Source: an uncultured Alphaproteobacteria bacterium (GTDB lineage Bacteria; Pseudomonadota; Alphaproteobacteria; Rhizobiales; Kaistiaceae). From it: a DNA stretch of 64,000 bases. The stretch lies in NCBI GenBank assembly GCA_963730325.1, contig CAVSRC010000006.1:2693-66692 (forward strand). Direction: 5' to 3'. This document shows, piece after piece, positions 9,207-18,553 of this stretch. Position 1 is the first letter of the stretch. Every line of letters begins with the position of its first letter. The position numbers and the translations under genes are program-made. The notes below the pieces were generated by a model, which made no database searches, was not told the origin of the DNA, and saw only the letters and a list, made by a program, of their open reading frames with translations.

Positions 9207-9931
9207 GCCGGCGTCTCCACGCCGAGATAGGATTCGATGACGGCGGCATCGCGCACGACGGCCTCGGGCGGGCCATCGGCGATACGCGCGCCGTGATGCA
9301 GGACGGCGATGTGCGAGGCGAGCGCCATCACCGCGCGCATGACGTGCTCGATGAGGACGATGGTGAGCCCGGTGTCCCGGTTGAGCGCCTTGAGCACCGC
9401 GACCAGGCGGTCGGTCTCGGTGGGTCTCAGGCCTGCCATCACTTCGTCGAGCAACAGCAGCTTGGGGTCGGTGGCGAGCGCCCGCGCCACTTCCAGCCGC
9501 TTGCGGTCGGGCAGCGTCAACGAGGCGGCGCGCTGATGGCGCTTGTCGTAGAGGTCGAGCCGGCGGAGCAGGTCGTGGGCACGATCACGCGCCGCGGGCA
9601 CGCTGGCGCGATGCAGAAGCCCGCCGATGATGACGTTGTCCTCGACGGTGAGGCCGGGAAACGGCCGCACAAGCTGGAAGGTGCGTCCGATGCCGCGCCG
9701 GCACACCTTGTCGGCGGAGAGCCCGTCGATGCGCTGGCCGGCGAAGGTGATGGTGCCGCCGTCGGGGTCGAAGACGCCGGCGATCATGTTGAAGAGCGTC
9801 GTCTTGCCGGCGCCGTTGGGGCCGATCACACCGCAGATCTCGCCGGCCTCGACTTCCAGCGACACCTCGTCCACCGCCACCAGGCCGCGGAAGCGTTTGG
9901 TCACGTCGTCGAGGACAAGCAGCGCACTCAC
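9203..9931 (-). CDS. LIV-type ABC transporter ATP-binding protein, LivG-like
   Basis: Walker A GPNGAGKTT and Walker B LLLLDEVM. The GTG start at 9931 overlaps the permease stop (GTGA). The longer track ORF to 10780 is an antisense-frame artefact. Confidence 0.85.
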   Translation of the reverse strand: MSALLVLDDVTKRFRGLVAVDEVSLEVEAGEICGVIGPNGAGKTTLFNMIAGVFDPDGGTITFAGQRIDGLSADKVCRRGIGRTFQLVRPFPGLTVEDNVIIGGLLHRASVPAARDRAHDLLRRLDLYDKRHQRAASLTLPDRKRLEVARALATDPKLLLLDEVMAGLRPTETDRLVAVLKALNRDTGLTIVLIEHVMRAVMALASHIAVLHHGARIADGPPEAVVRDAAVIESYLGVETPA

Positions 9932-10932
9932 CGGTCGTCCTCCGTCAGCCGCAGGCGGCGCGCCAGCCATGGCCACAAGCCGCCGGGCAGCGCCACGATG
10001 ACGAAGAACAGGCAGACGCCGTAGAGCACCTGCTTGGCGCCCGGAATGTCGATGCCGACGGCGGCGAGCAGGCCGTTCAGGCCCTCGGCCAGGCCGGTCA
10101 GCAGGAAGGCGCCGATGATGGGGCCGAAGAGCGTGCCGAGCCCGCCGATGATCGGCCCGACGATGAGCTCGATGGAGCGCGAGATGTGGAAGACCTGCTC
10201 GGGAAACAGGTTGTTGTAGTAGAAGGCATAGAAGACGCCGCCGAAGGCGGTCATGCCGGCGGAGATGACGACGGCAGCCATCTTGTAGGCGAAGGTGTTG
10301 ATGCCGACGGCGCGCGCCGCCTCCTCGTCCTCGCGGATCGCCAGCCAGTAGTAGCCCATGCGGCTGTTGAGCATCAGGCGGCAGGCGATGAGCGCGGCGA
10401 CCGCGGCCGCCAGCATGACGTAATAGAACATGACCGGCGGGCCGCGCAGCGACCAGACGTCGACATGGCCCTGTGTGGCGACGGGCAGGAAGAAGCCGCC
10501 CGAGCCGTTGACGATCGATAGATGGTCGAAGCCGATGCGGGCGAACTCGGCAAAGGCGATGGTGAGGATGGCGAAATAGACGCCGGTGACGCCGAAGCGC
10601 AGCGCCAGGAAGCCGATCGTGGCGCCGGCCAGCATGGTGAGCGGTACCGAAGCGAGGAAGCCGAACCACGGGCCGACGCCGTAATCCTTGAAGAGAAGCG
10701 CCGCGAGATAGCCGGCAAGCCCGACATAGAGGGCGTGGCCGAGGGAGAGCTGGCCGGCGAAGCCCATCATCACGTTCCACGCCTGGCCGACATAGGCGAA
10801 ATAGAAGATGAGGATGAGGACGGTGACGAGATAGTCGCCGGCGAAGAAAGGAGCGGCAAGAAGAGCGGCGAGCAGGAGGGCGAGCAGGACCAGGCCGCGC
10901 GGCGACAGGCCGAGGCGCAAGCGCTCCATCAT
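9928..10932 (-). CDS. LIV-type ABC transporter permease, LivM-like
   Basis: Hydrophobic multi-pass protein starting MMERLRLGLSPRG. The start lies 1 nt after the LivH-like stop. Confidence 0.9.
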   Translation of the reverse strand: MMERLRLGLSPRGLVLLALLLAALLAAPFFAGDYLVTVLILIFYFAYVGQAWNVMMGFAGQLSLGHALYVGLAGYLAALLFKDYGVGPWFGFLASVPLTMLAGATIGFLALRFGVTGVYFAILTIAFAEFARIGFDHLSIVNGSGGFFLPVATQGHVDVWSLRGPPVMFYYVMLAAAVAALIACRLMLNSRMGYYWLAIREDEEAARAVGINTFAYKMAAVVISAGMTAFGGVFYAFYYNNLFPEQVFHISRSIELIVGPIIGGLGTLFGPIIGAFLLTGLAEGLNGLLAAVGIDIPGAKQVLYGVCLFFVIVALPGGLWPWLARRLRLTEDDR

Positions 10933-10933
10933 C

Positions 10934-11818
10934 TCAGGCCTTCCTGCCGAGGATGCCCTGCGGGCGGAAAAGGAGCACCAGCACGAGGATGGCGAAGCCG
11001 AACATGCTCTTGGCCGAGGGCGTGAACAGCAGGCCGGCCATCGCCTCGGTGAGGCCGATGAGAATGCCGCCGAGAAGGGCGCCCGGCATCGAGCCGAGGC
11101 CGCCGGTGATGACGATGACGAAGGCAAGCAGCGTATAGGCGGGGCCGAGCGCCGGGGTCACGTCGATGAGCAGCACCAGCATGGAGCCGGCGGCGCCGAC
11201 GCAGGCGGCGCCGAGACCGAAGGTGAGCGCATAGAGGTGCTGGACGTCGAGGCCGACGACCAGCGCCCCGGTGTGGTTGTCGGCCGCGGCGCGGATGGCG
11301 GTGCCGAGGCGGGTGAAGCGGAAGAAGGCATAGAGCGCGGCGGCGACGACGATGGAGACGGCGGCGGCGTAGAGCTTGGTGGCGTCGATGATCAGCGCGC
11401 CGACGGCGAAGCTGTCATAGGAATAGGCGGTCTGCACGCCCTGAGCGTCCGGCCCGAAGATGATCAGCAGGACGTTGGAGATGATGATCGCGATGGCGAT
11501 CATCAACAGGAACTGGCTGGTCTCCGCGCGGGTGATGAAGGCGTTGACGACGCGCCGCTGAAGCAGGTAGCCGAATGCGAACAGCACTGCCGCGATCGGC
11601 ACCAGCATGATCAGCGGATCGAGGCCGAAGCTAGCGAACAGGGTGACGGCGATGTACATCGCTATCGTCATCATCTCGCCATGGGCGAAATTGACGACGC
11701 GCACGACGCCGAAGATGACCGAAAGGCCGAGCGCCATCAGCCCGTAAACCAGGCCGGTCAATACGCCGCTGACGGCAACGTTGAGATAGACCTCGGCAGG
11801 CACCGCCCGTCCCCACAA
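10934..11818 (-). CDS. LIV-type ABC transporter permease, LivH-like
   Basis: LivH-like multi-pass protein (..FAHGEMMTIAMY..). Confidence 0.9.
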   Translation of the reverse strand: MWGRAVPAEVYLNVAVSGVLTGLVYGLMALGLSVIFGVVRVVNFAHGEMMTIAMYIAVTLFASFGLDPLIMLVPIAAVLFAFGYLLQRRVVNAFITRAETSQFLLMIAIAIIISNVLLIIFGPDAQGVQTAYSYDSFAVGALIIDATKLYAAAVSIVVAAALYAFFRFTRLGTAIRAAADNHTGALVVGLDVQHLYALTFGLGAACVGAAGSMLVLLIDVTPALGPAYTLLAFVIVITGGLGSMPGALLGGILIGLTEAMAGLLFTPSAKSMFGFAILVLVLLFRPQGILGRKA

Positions 11819-11870
11819 AGCGGCTCCGGCCGCAGGTCGCGGCCGGAGCCTGAGCCCGCTTCGAAACGCC

Positions 11871-13127
11871 CTAGCGTTCGTTATACGGCTTCATCGGCCA
11901 TTCCGTCTTATCCGACGCCGCTTCCTTGGGCGCGATGGTGACCAGCTTGCCACCGCGGTTCTGGATGGCACCGTCCTTGACGCCGGCGTTCTGGCCCTTG
12001 GCATCGAACTTGATGCCGGGCCCGATGCTGACATTGTCGGTGATGTCGGTGGCGCGGATCGCCTCGGTGAGTGCGTTGGGGTCGGTCGAGCCGGCGCGCT
12101 TGTAGGCGTCGGCGGCGACCATCAGCGCCTCGAAGGTGAAGATGTGGTTGGTGTTCAGGTTGACGCCCGGGAAGGATTTGGCGATCGCCGCGTCCAGCAC
12201 GCCGGAGAGCTTCTTGTGGGGATCGTACCAGGGCACGAAGCTGATCGGCCCGTCCGAGTACTTGCCCAGCGTCTTCAGATACTGGTCCTCGTACCAGCCG
12301 GGACCCATGCTGAGCACGGCCTCGGGGGTCCAGCGCTGCTTGATGAGTTCGCGGGTCATCAGGATGGCGTCGTTGAGGCGGCTGACGAGCAGGAGGAGGT
12401 CGGCCTTGGCGGCCTTGGCCTTGGCCACCTCGACCGACAGGTCCTTGGTCGCCGGGTCGTAGGCGATCTCGTCGACGATCTTGTAGGGCAGCGGGAACTT
12501 GGAGGACACGATGCCGATGCCCTTGGCCATGGCGGTGCCGAAGGTGTCGTTGACGTGCATGAACACCGCCGTCTTCGGCGACGCACCGGTCATGCCGAAG
12601 ATTTCCATCTGGTTGGCGAAGGCATCGCCAAGGATGGTCGGCGCGGTGGGGAAGTTGCGGAAGACGAACTTGTAGCCCTGCTCGGTGATGTCGGGCGCCG
12701 CGGCGATGTTGATGACGAAGGGAATGCCCTTCTGCTCGGCGACCTGGGCGATGGCCGAGCTCTCGCCGGAATCGAAGGCGCCGACGAGAAGCTGGGCGCC
12801 GTCGCTGATCATCTTCTCGGCGCGCGAGCGGGCGGTATCGACGCTCGATTCCGTGTCGCCGCTCATGATTTCCAGATCGGGATAGCCGAGATCCTTGAGG
12901 ATCGGCCCGGCGATGTCGACGCCGCGCTGGCAATCCTGGCCGATGCCGGCCATGTAGCCGGAACGCGGCAGGATGACGCCGACCTTGAGCGGACCGCCGG
13001 CGGCACGGACGATGGAGAACGGTGCCGTCCCGGCGATGAGGCCAAGGGCACCGGCGCCCGCGGCAAAGGTGCGGCGGGTCATGCGCGGACCGGTACGAGC
13101 GGCCCAGGACTGCGACTTGCGGCTCAT
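11871..13127 (-). CDS. LIV-family periplasmic substrate-binding protein; candidate aromatic-acid/hydroxycinnamate binder
   Basis: Twin-arginine-like signal TRRTFAAGAGALGLIAG, then a type I PBP fold. GGAGGG RBS before ATG 13127. Sits in an operon with the hydroxycinnamate catabolic genes. Confidence 0.85.
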   Translation of the reverse strand: MSRKSQSWAARTGPRMTRRTFAAGAGALGLIAGTAPFSIVRAAGGPLKVGVILPRSGYMAGIGQDCQRGVDIAGPILKDLGYPDLEIMSGDTESSVDTARSRAEKMISDGAQLLVGAFDSGESSAIAQVAEQKGIPFVINIAAAPDITEQGYKFVFRNFPTAPTILGDAFANQMEIFGMTGASPKTAVFMHVNDTFGTAMAKGIGIVSSKFPLPYKIVDEIAYDPATKDLSVEVAKAKAAKADLLLLVSRLNDAILMTRELIKQRWTPEAVLSMGPGWYEDQYLKTLGKYSDGPISFVPWYDPHKKLSGVLDAAIAKSFPGVNLNTNHIFTFEALMVAADAYKRAGSTDPNALTEAIRATDITDNVSIGPGIKFDAKGQNAGVKDGAIQNRGGKLVTIAPKEAASDKTEWPMKPYNER

Positions 13128-13144
13128 CTCATTTCCCTCCCTTT

Positions 13145-14017
13145 TCAAAGCCTGAGCAGGCTTCTTGCATTTTCCTTCAAGATCAGCGGTCGGACATCGG
13201 GCTTGATGTCGAGCGCCGCGAAATCCGCCAGCCAGCGATCGGGCGCGATCAAGGGCCAGTCGGAACCGAACAGCACTTTGTGCTTCAGAATGGAGTTGGC
13301 GTATTTCACCAGGATCGGCGGAAAGTATTTCGGCGACCAGCCGGAGAGGTCGATATAGACGTTCGGCTTGTGCTGGGCGACGGCGAGCGCCTCCTCCTGC
13401 CATGGAAAGGAGGGGTGCGCCAGGATGATCGGCATGTCGGGAAAATCGGCGGCGACGTCGTCCAGATAGAGCGGATTGGAATATTTCAGCCGCATGCCCA
13501 TGCCGCCCGGCATTCCGGAGCCGACTCCGGTCTGGCCGGTGTGGAAGAGTGCCGGAACGCCGGCCTCGGCGATCGCCTCGTAGAGCGGGTAGGCGCTGCG
13601 GTCGTTGGGATAGAAGCCCTGCATGGTGGGGTGGAACTTGAAGCCGCGGATGCCGAACTCCGCGACCAGCCGCCGCGCCTCGCGGACGCCGGCCTTGCCC
13701 TTGGCGGGGTCGATCGAGGCGAAAGGAATAAGGACGTCGGAGAACTGGTTGGCTAGCTCTGCCATCTCCTCGTTGGCGTAGCGGCGGAAGCCGGTCTCGC
13801 GCTCGGCGTCGACGGGGAAGATGACGCAGGCGATCTTGCGCTCGCGGTAATAGGCGGCGGTCTCCGGCACGGTCGGCGGATGCTTGTGGGGCGACTTGAA
13901 ATAGGCGCTCATCGCCGCCTGGAAATCGTCGTAGCCGTCGTCCGGGTGGGTGCCGCAGGGCTCCTCGGCATGGGTGTGGATGTCGATGGCGACGATCGTG
14001 TCGAGGTCGATGGTCAC
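13145..14017 (-). CDS. Amidohydrolase_2 (metal-dependent TIM-barrel hydrolase) family protein
   Basis: Metal motif IDIHTHA near the N-terminus, plus HPSFPW and GSDWP motifs. The GTG start at 14017 overlaps the MarR stop (GTGA). Confidence 0.85.
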   Translation of the reverse strand: MTIDLDTIVAIDIHTHAEEPCGTHPDDGYDDFQAAMSAYFKSPHKHPPTVPETAAYYRERKIACVIFPVDAERETGFRRYANEEMAELANQFSDVLIPFASIDPAKGKAGVREARRLVAEFGIRGFKFHPTMQGFYPNDRSAYPLYEAIAEAGVPALFHTGQTGVGSGMPGGMGMRLKYSNPLYLDDVAADFPDMPIILAHPSFPWQEEALAVAQHKPNVYIDLSGWSPKYFPPILVKYANSILKHKVLFGSDWPLIAPDRWLADFAALDIKPDVRPLILKENARSLLRL

Positions 14018-14529
14018 GAATCCCCCGCGCGGTTCGCCAGCTTCGCCAGAAGCCGCAGCAGGGTGTCGCGCTCGCGTGCGGTAAGCGCCGCGGTCGCCGC
14101 CCGGTCGCTGACGGTCAGTTGCGGGACGGTCGCGTCGACCGCGACGCGGCCGTTGTCGGTGAGGTGCAGTTCGACGGCGCGGCGGTCGTTGGCCGGCACC
14201 CGCCGCTCGATCAGGCCCCGGTCCTCGAGCAGGCGGATGATCTTGGCCATATTCGACCACTTGATGCGCAGCGCATCGGCGAGCACGCCCTGTCGCACGC
14301 CGGGATTGCCGCCGACGGCAACCAGGACACCTATCTGGCCGGGCGTAACGCCGCGCACCCCGAAATCGCGGAAGAAGGATTCGAAGAGCTGGACCTGCGC
14401 CAGGCGCAGCATGAAACCGGCGAGTCCAGCGAGCGGTCCGAACTCCACCTCGTCGGGGGTGGCCGGCGGCGCCAGCGCGATCTTCTCGTGGCGCGTCACT
14501 GGCGGCTTACCTCTTGAGAGGCGCGGCAA
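14014..14529 (-). CDS. MarR family transcriptional regulator (HcaR/CouR-like by context)
   Basis: wHTH region GQIGVLVAVGGNPGVRQGVLADALRIKWSNMAKIIRLLEDRGLIER. The start is uncertain: 14529 overlaps the hydratase 3' end, and an alternative GTG lies at 14499. Confidence 0.85.
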   Translation of the reverse strand: MPRLSRGKPPVTRHEKIALAPPATPDEVEFGPLAGLAGFMLRLAQVQLFESFFRDFGVRGVTPGQIGVLVAVGGNPGVRQGVLADALRIKWSNMAKIIRLLEDRGLIERRVPANDRRAVELHLTDNGRVAVDATVPQLTVSDRAATAALTARERDTLLRLLAKLANRAGDS

Positions 14530-15289
14530 CCTTCGCCGCGCGCTTGTCGAGAAAGGCCTTCAGGCGTTCGTTCGCCTCCGGGTCCGTCTGGGTGAAGGAG
14601 GCCATCAGGGATTCAACGAAGAGACCGTCGTCCTGGGCCATGTCCTGGATGCGCGGCAGCGCATTGATGATGGCGTAGTTGGAGAGCGGCGCATTGTTTG
14701 CCGCAATTCGGGCCAGCTCCTTCGCCTTGGCGAGCGCGGTGCCCTGCGCAACGACGTACTGCACCAGATTGCAGCGCTCGGCCTCCTCCGCGTCGAGCAC
14801 CCGCCCGGTCAGCATCAGGTCGGTCATGCGCGCGACGCTCATCAGGCGCGCCACCTTCACCGAACCGGAGCCACCGACGAAGATGCCGCGCTGGCCCTCG
14901 GGCAAGGCGAAGAAGGCGGTTGCATCGGCGACGCGGATATGGGTCGAGGCGGCAAGCTCCAACCCGCCGCCGACGACGGCGCCGGTGAGCGCGGCGACAA
15001 AGGGGATGGTGCCGCGCTGGATGCGCTCGAAGACAGCATGCCAGCGGCGCGAGCCATGGATGCCTTCGATCGGCGTCTTGGTCATGTGCTCGGCGAGGTC
15101 GAGGCCGGAACAGAAGTGCTCGCCGACGCCATGGATGACGCCGGCCCTGGCCTCCCGCGAGGCACGCTCGATCGCACCCGCCAACGCCTCGACCACCACG
15201 TCCGAAATGGCGTTGCGCTTCTCCGGCCGGTTGAGGGCAATCAGCGCAATCTCGCCCTCAAGGGCATAGGTCACCAGCAGTTTGGACAT
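14507..15289 (-). CDS. Enoyl-CoA hydratase/isomerase (crotonase) family protein
   Basis: Crotonase motifs FCSGLDL and VVGGGLELA. The ATG at 15289 (MSKLLVTYALEG) is the first plausible start. Confidence 0.9.
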   Translation of the reverse strand: MSKLLVTYALEGEIALIALNRPEKRNAISDVVVEALAGAIERASREARAGVIHGVGEHFCSGLDLAEHMTKTPIEGIHGSRRWHAVFERIQRGTIPFVAALTGAVVGGGLELAASTHIRVADATAFFALPEGQRGIFVGGSGSVKVARLMSVARMTDLMLTGRVLDAEEAERCNLVQYVVAQGTALAKAKELARIAANNAPLSNYAIINALPRIQDMAQDDGLFVESLMASFTQTDPEANERLKAFLDKRAAKVAAPLKR

Positions 15290-15383
15290 GGATGCCCGGC
15301 TTCCTCCCATGACCGCATTTCGGCCCGTTTCAAGGGCTCTGGCGGTGTCCGGGCCGGCTGTCGGGTGCATTCGCGCCGGCCAA

Positions 15384-15406
15384 ATTTGTTTCCTAGTGGA
15401 CGAAAT
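15384..15406. promoter_or_regulatory. Candidate MarR operator in the divergent hydratase/synthetase promoter region
   Basis: 23-bp imperfect palindrome ATTTGTTTCC-TAG-TGGACGAAAT in the AT-richer core of the 200-bp divergent spacer. Confidence 0.3.
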
Positions 15407-15519
15407 ACCGGCTGGCGTGTCAAGATCAATCGGTCGGGCCGCGTTGCCAGGCCGGCTGGAGGGAGGCTGGCAGGGCGCTATATTTCAGCGTGCCCGGTCG
15501 CGTGGGGAGGACACGCCTT

Positions 15520-17403
15520 TTGAATGCAGCCGTTTCGAACGTCGCTGCCATCGAGGCGGCGCCGTTACGCAAGGTCCGTTTCTGGGAACCGGAGGTCCTT
15601 GTCAACCGGCGGCCGGACGGGACCATCCTGGTGCGCCAGGCCGGGGACCTGCCGCCGTTTCCGCCGCGGCTGACCGACCGGCTGGTGCATTATGCCGGAA
15701 CCACCCCCGACACGCTTTTCCTCGCCGACCGCAATGGCGAAAGCGAGGACTGGCGCCGGGTCACCTACGCGGAGGCGCTCGATCGCGTGCGCCACATCGG
15801 CGAGGCGCTCATCGAATTCGACCTGTCGCTCGATCATCCGCTGCTGATCCTGTCGGGCAACGATATCGAGCACGCCCTGCTCGGGCTCGCCGCGCAATAT
15901 GTCGGCGTTCCCTACGCCTCGGTCTCGCCGGCCTATTCGCTGGTCTCAACCGATTTCTCCAAGCTGCGCGGCATCGTCGACACGCTGCAGCCGGGCCTGG
16001 TCTTTGCCGCCGACGGCGAGCCGTTCGGCCCGGCGATCCAGGCGGTGGTGCCGGCACCGACGCCGATCGTTTCGGTCACCAATCCACTGCTCCACCGCAC
16101 CAACGTTGCCTTCGTCGAGCTGGAAGCCCATCGGCTGACCGGCGCCGCCGACGCTGCGCACGAGACCGTCGGGCCGGATACCGTCGCCAAATTCCTCTTC
16201 ACCTCCGGCTCGACCGGCTCGCCCAAGGCGGTCATCAACACCCAGCGCATGATGACCGCCAATCAGGAGATGGTGCGCGACTGCTTCGCCTACATGGTCG
16301 AAGAGCCGCCGATCGTGCTCGACTGGGCACCGTGGAACCACACCGCCGGGGGCAACAAGGTGTTCAACATGGTGCTCTACAACGGCGGCACCCTCTATAT
16401 CGACGATGGCCGCCCGACCCCGGCGGCGATCGGCAAGACCGTGCGCAACCTGCGCGAGGTGGCGCCGACCTGGTACTTCAACGTGCCCAAGGGCTACGAG
16501 GAGTTGATCCCCTTTTTGGAAGAGGACGCGGAACTCAGGCAGCGCTTCTTCAGCCGCCTGAGCATGATGATGTATGCCGGCGCCGGCCTCGGCCAGCACA
16601 CCTGGAGCGCGCTCGAGCGCCTGGCCGTGCAGGCGACCGGCGAGCGCGTGCTGCTGGTCACCGGCCTCGGCTCCACCGAGACCGCGCCATTCTCGATGAT
16701 GTGCACCGTCGACCAGCGTGTTGCCGGCAATATCGGCGTGCCGGCGCTCGGCATCGAACTCAAGCTGGTGCCGGTCGAGGGCAAGCTCGAGGCCCGCCTC
16801 AAAGGCCCCAACATCACGCCTGGCTATTGGCGCGACCCGAAGCGGACGGCGGAAGCCTTCGACGAGGAGGGGTTCTATCGTCTCGGCGATGCCTTCCGCT
16901 TCGCCGACCCGGACGACGCGTCGAAAGGCTTCTATTTCGACGGGCGCATCGCCGAGAACTTCAAGCTCAACACCGGAACCTGGGTGAATGCCGGCACACT
17001 GCGCGCCCAGCTCGTCGATGCCCTCGGTGGTCTGGCGCGCGATGCCGTGATCACCGGTCTCGACCGCGATTTCGTCGGCGCCATCGTCGTCCCGGACATG
17101 ACGGCCTGCCGTGTGCTTGCGGCCGGTACGACGGACGCTACACCGGTCGCGGAGATCCTCGACGACGACCGCGTGCGCGCCGATTTCGGCGTCCGCCTCG
17201 CCGCTCTGGCGCGGGAGAGCACCGGCTCGTCGACACTCATCCGGCGGATCGTCCTCTATGGCGGGGCATTATCGATCGATCGGGGTGAACTCACCGACAA
17301 GGGCTCGCTCAACCAGCGCGCCGTGCTCGCCAACCATCCCGACCTCGTCGAAGAGATCTACGAGGGCTCGCCGCGGGTGATCGCGTTCAGAAAGGGCGGG
17401 TGA
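15520..17403 (+). CDS. Feruloyl/hydroxycinnamoyl-CoA synthetase-like AMP-dependent ligase
   Basis: AMP-binding motif FTSGSTGSPKAV and overall similarity to Fcs-type ligases. TTG at 15520 follows a GGGGAGGA RBS; the ORF is open from 15490. Confidence 0.85.
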   Translation: MNAAVSNVAAIEAAPLRKVRFWEPEVLVNRRPDGTILVRQAGDLPPFPPRLTDRLVHYAGTTPDTLFLADRNGESEDWRRVTYAEALDRVRHIGEALIEFDLSLDHPLLILSGNDIEHALLGLAAQYVGVPYASVSPAYSLVSTDFSKLRGIVDTLQPGLVFAADGEPFGPAIQAVVPAPTPIVSVTNPLLHRTNVAFVELEAHRLTGAADAAHETVGPDTVAKFLFTSGSTGSPKAVINTQRMMTANQEMVRDCFAYMVEEPPIVLDWAPWNHTAGGNKVFNMVLYNGGTLYIDDGRPTPAAIGKTVRNLREVAPTWYFNVPKGYEELIPFLEEDAELRQRFFSRLSMMMYAGAGLGQHTWSALERLAVQATGERVLLVTGLGSTETAPFSMMCTVDQRVAGNIGVPALGIELKLVPVEGKLEARLKGPNITPGYWRDPKRTAEAFDEEGFYRLGDAFRFADPDDASKGFYFDGRIAENFKLNTGTWVNAGTLRAQLVDALGGLARDAVITGLDRDFVGAIVVPDMTACRVLAAGTTDATPVAEILDDDRVRADFGVRLAALARESTGSSTLIRRIVLYGGALSIDRGELTDKGSLNQRAVLANHPDLVEEIYEGSPRVIAFRKGG

Positions 17404-17422
17404 GAGAAGCGAGTAGTGAGTA

Positions 17423-17478
17423 GCGAATGGCGAATAGTGGGGCGTAATCGGCACTTCTATTCGCTATTCGCTATTCGC
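17423..17478. terminator. Hairpin built from GCGAATA heptamer repeats between convergent genes
   Basis: gcgaatggcgaatag (17423-17437) pairs with ctattcgctattcgc over a roughly 15-bp stem with one G-T pair. An extra tandem tattcgc copy follows. It lies between the synthetase stop (17403) and the SDR stop (17479). No U-tract. Confidence 0.4.
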
Positions 17479-18240
17479 TCATTTCGGCGCCATGCGCAAC
17501 GCGCCGTCGAGGCGCACGACTTCGCCGTTGAGATAGGGATTGGTGATCATCGCCGCGACCAGCGCGGCGAACTCGTCCGGCTCACCAAGGCGGGCGGGGA
17601 AGGGTATCGATGCCGCCAGCGCTGCCTGCGTCTCCTCGGGCAGTTCCTCCACAAGCGGCGTGCGGAACAGGCCGGGCGCAATGGTCAGCACTCGGATGCC
17701 GAAGCGAGCGAGTTCGCGCGCCGCTGGCAGCGTCAGCGAGACGATGCCACCCTTCGATGCGGCATAGGCGGCCTGGCCGATCTGGCCGTCAAAGGCGGCG
17801 ACCGAAGCGGCGGAGACGATGACGCCGCGCTCGCCGGTCGCGATCTCCGGCAGCGTCTTCATGGCAGCGGCGGCAAGACGCATGACGTTGAACGTGCCGA
17901 TAAGGTTGACCCTGACGACGCGCTCGAAGGCGTCGAGCGGCATCGGGCCGTCGCGGCTGACGATGCGCGCCGCTCCGCCGATGCCGGCGCAGCCGATCAG
18001 GATGCGCGCCGGGCCATGCGCCGCGGCGGCCTTCGCGATCGCCGCCTCGACGCTCGCCGCCTCGGTGACATCGCAGGAACAGAAGACGCCCCCGATCTCC
18101 GCGGCGAGACTTTCGCCGGCGGCGGCGTTGCGGTCGAGTATTGCAACGCTTGCGCCTTCGCGCGCCAGCCACAGGGCCGTGGCGGCGCCCAGACCCGATG
18201 CCCCTCCGGTCACCAGTGCGGCCGATCCTCGAATGTGCAC
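17479..18240 (-). CDS. SDR family 3-hydroxyacyl-CoA dehydrogenase-like oxidoreductase
   Basis: Cofactor motif TGGASGLG and catalytic YAASKGG. Resembles HSD17B10/FadB2-type SDRs. Confidence 0.9.
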   Translation of the reverse strand: MHIRGSAALVTGGASGLGAATALWLAREGASVAILDRNAAAGESLAAEIGGVFCSCDVTEAASVEAAIAKAAAAHGPARILIGCAGIGGAARIVSRDGPMPLDAFERVVRVNLIGTFNVMRLAAAAMKTLPEIATGERGVIVSAASVAAFDGQIGQAAYAASKGGIVSLTLPAARELARFGIRVLTIAPGLFRTPLVEELPEETQAALAASIPFPARLGEPDEFAALVAAMITNPYLNGEVVRLDGALRMAPK

Positions 18241-18553
18241 CCGCTTCCCTCACTCTCGATCGCCGCGGCGCTGGAACAGGCTGTCCTGCCCGACGGTCCG
18301 GTTGACGCCTCCACCTCTAGTCCATGTCGTCGTGATCGCAAACGGATCGGTGGCCGCGGCAGGAAATACGACACAGTCGCCCTCGATTGCCAATTCGATG
18401 GCGTTCTTGGCGCCGGCGCGTCGGTGCGGGCGCGGCCGTCAGCTTTCGTGTTCCCTGCTCGCCTTGGCCTGGGCCTTGGGGCCAGGGTGTCCACGCAGGT
18501 AGTGCTGCTCCGGGTGAAGCTTTTTGCGTTGTCGCCGACCCACTGGCCGCCGA

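Noticed and set aside
14507-14529. A 23-nt overlap between the MarR start and the enoyl-CoA hydratase 3' end, as a possible recoding or unusual coupling site.
   Set aside because: An in-frame GTG at 14499 gives a conventional non-overlapping start. The start choice cannot be resolved from sequence alone.
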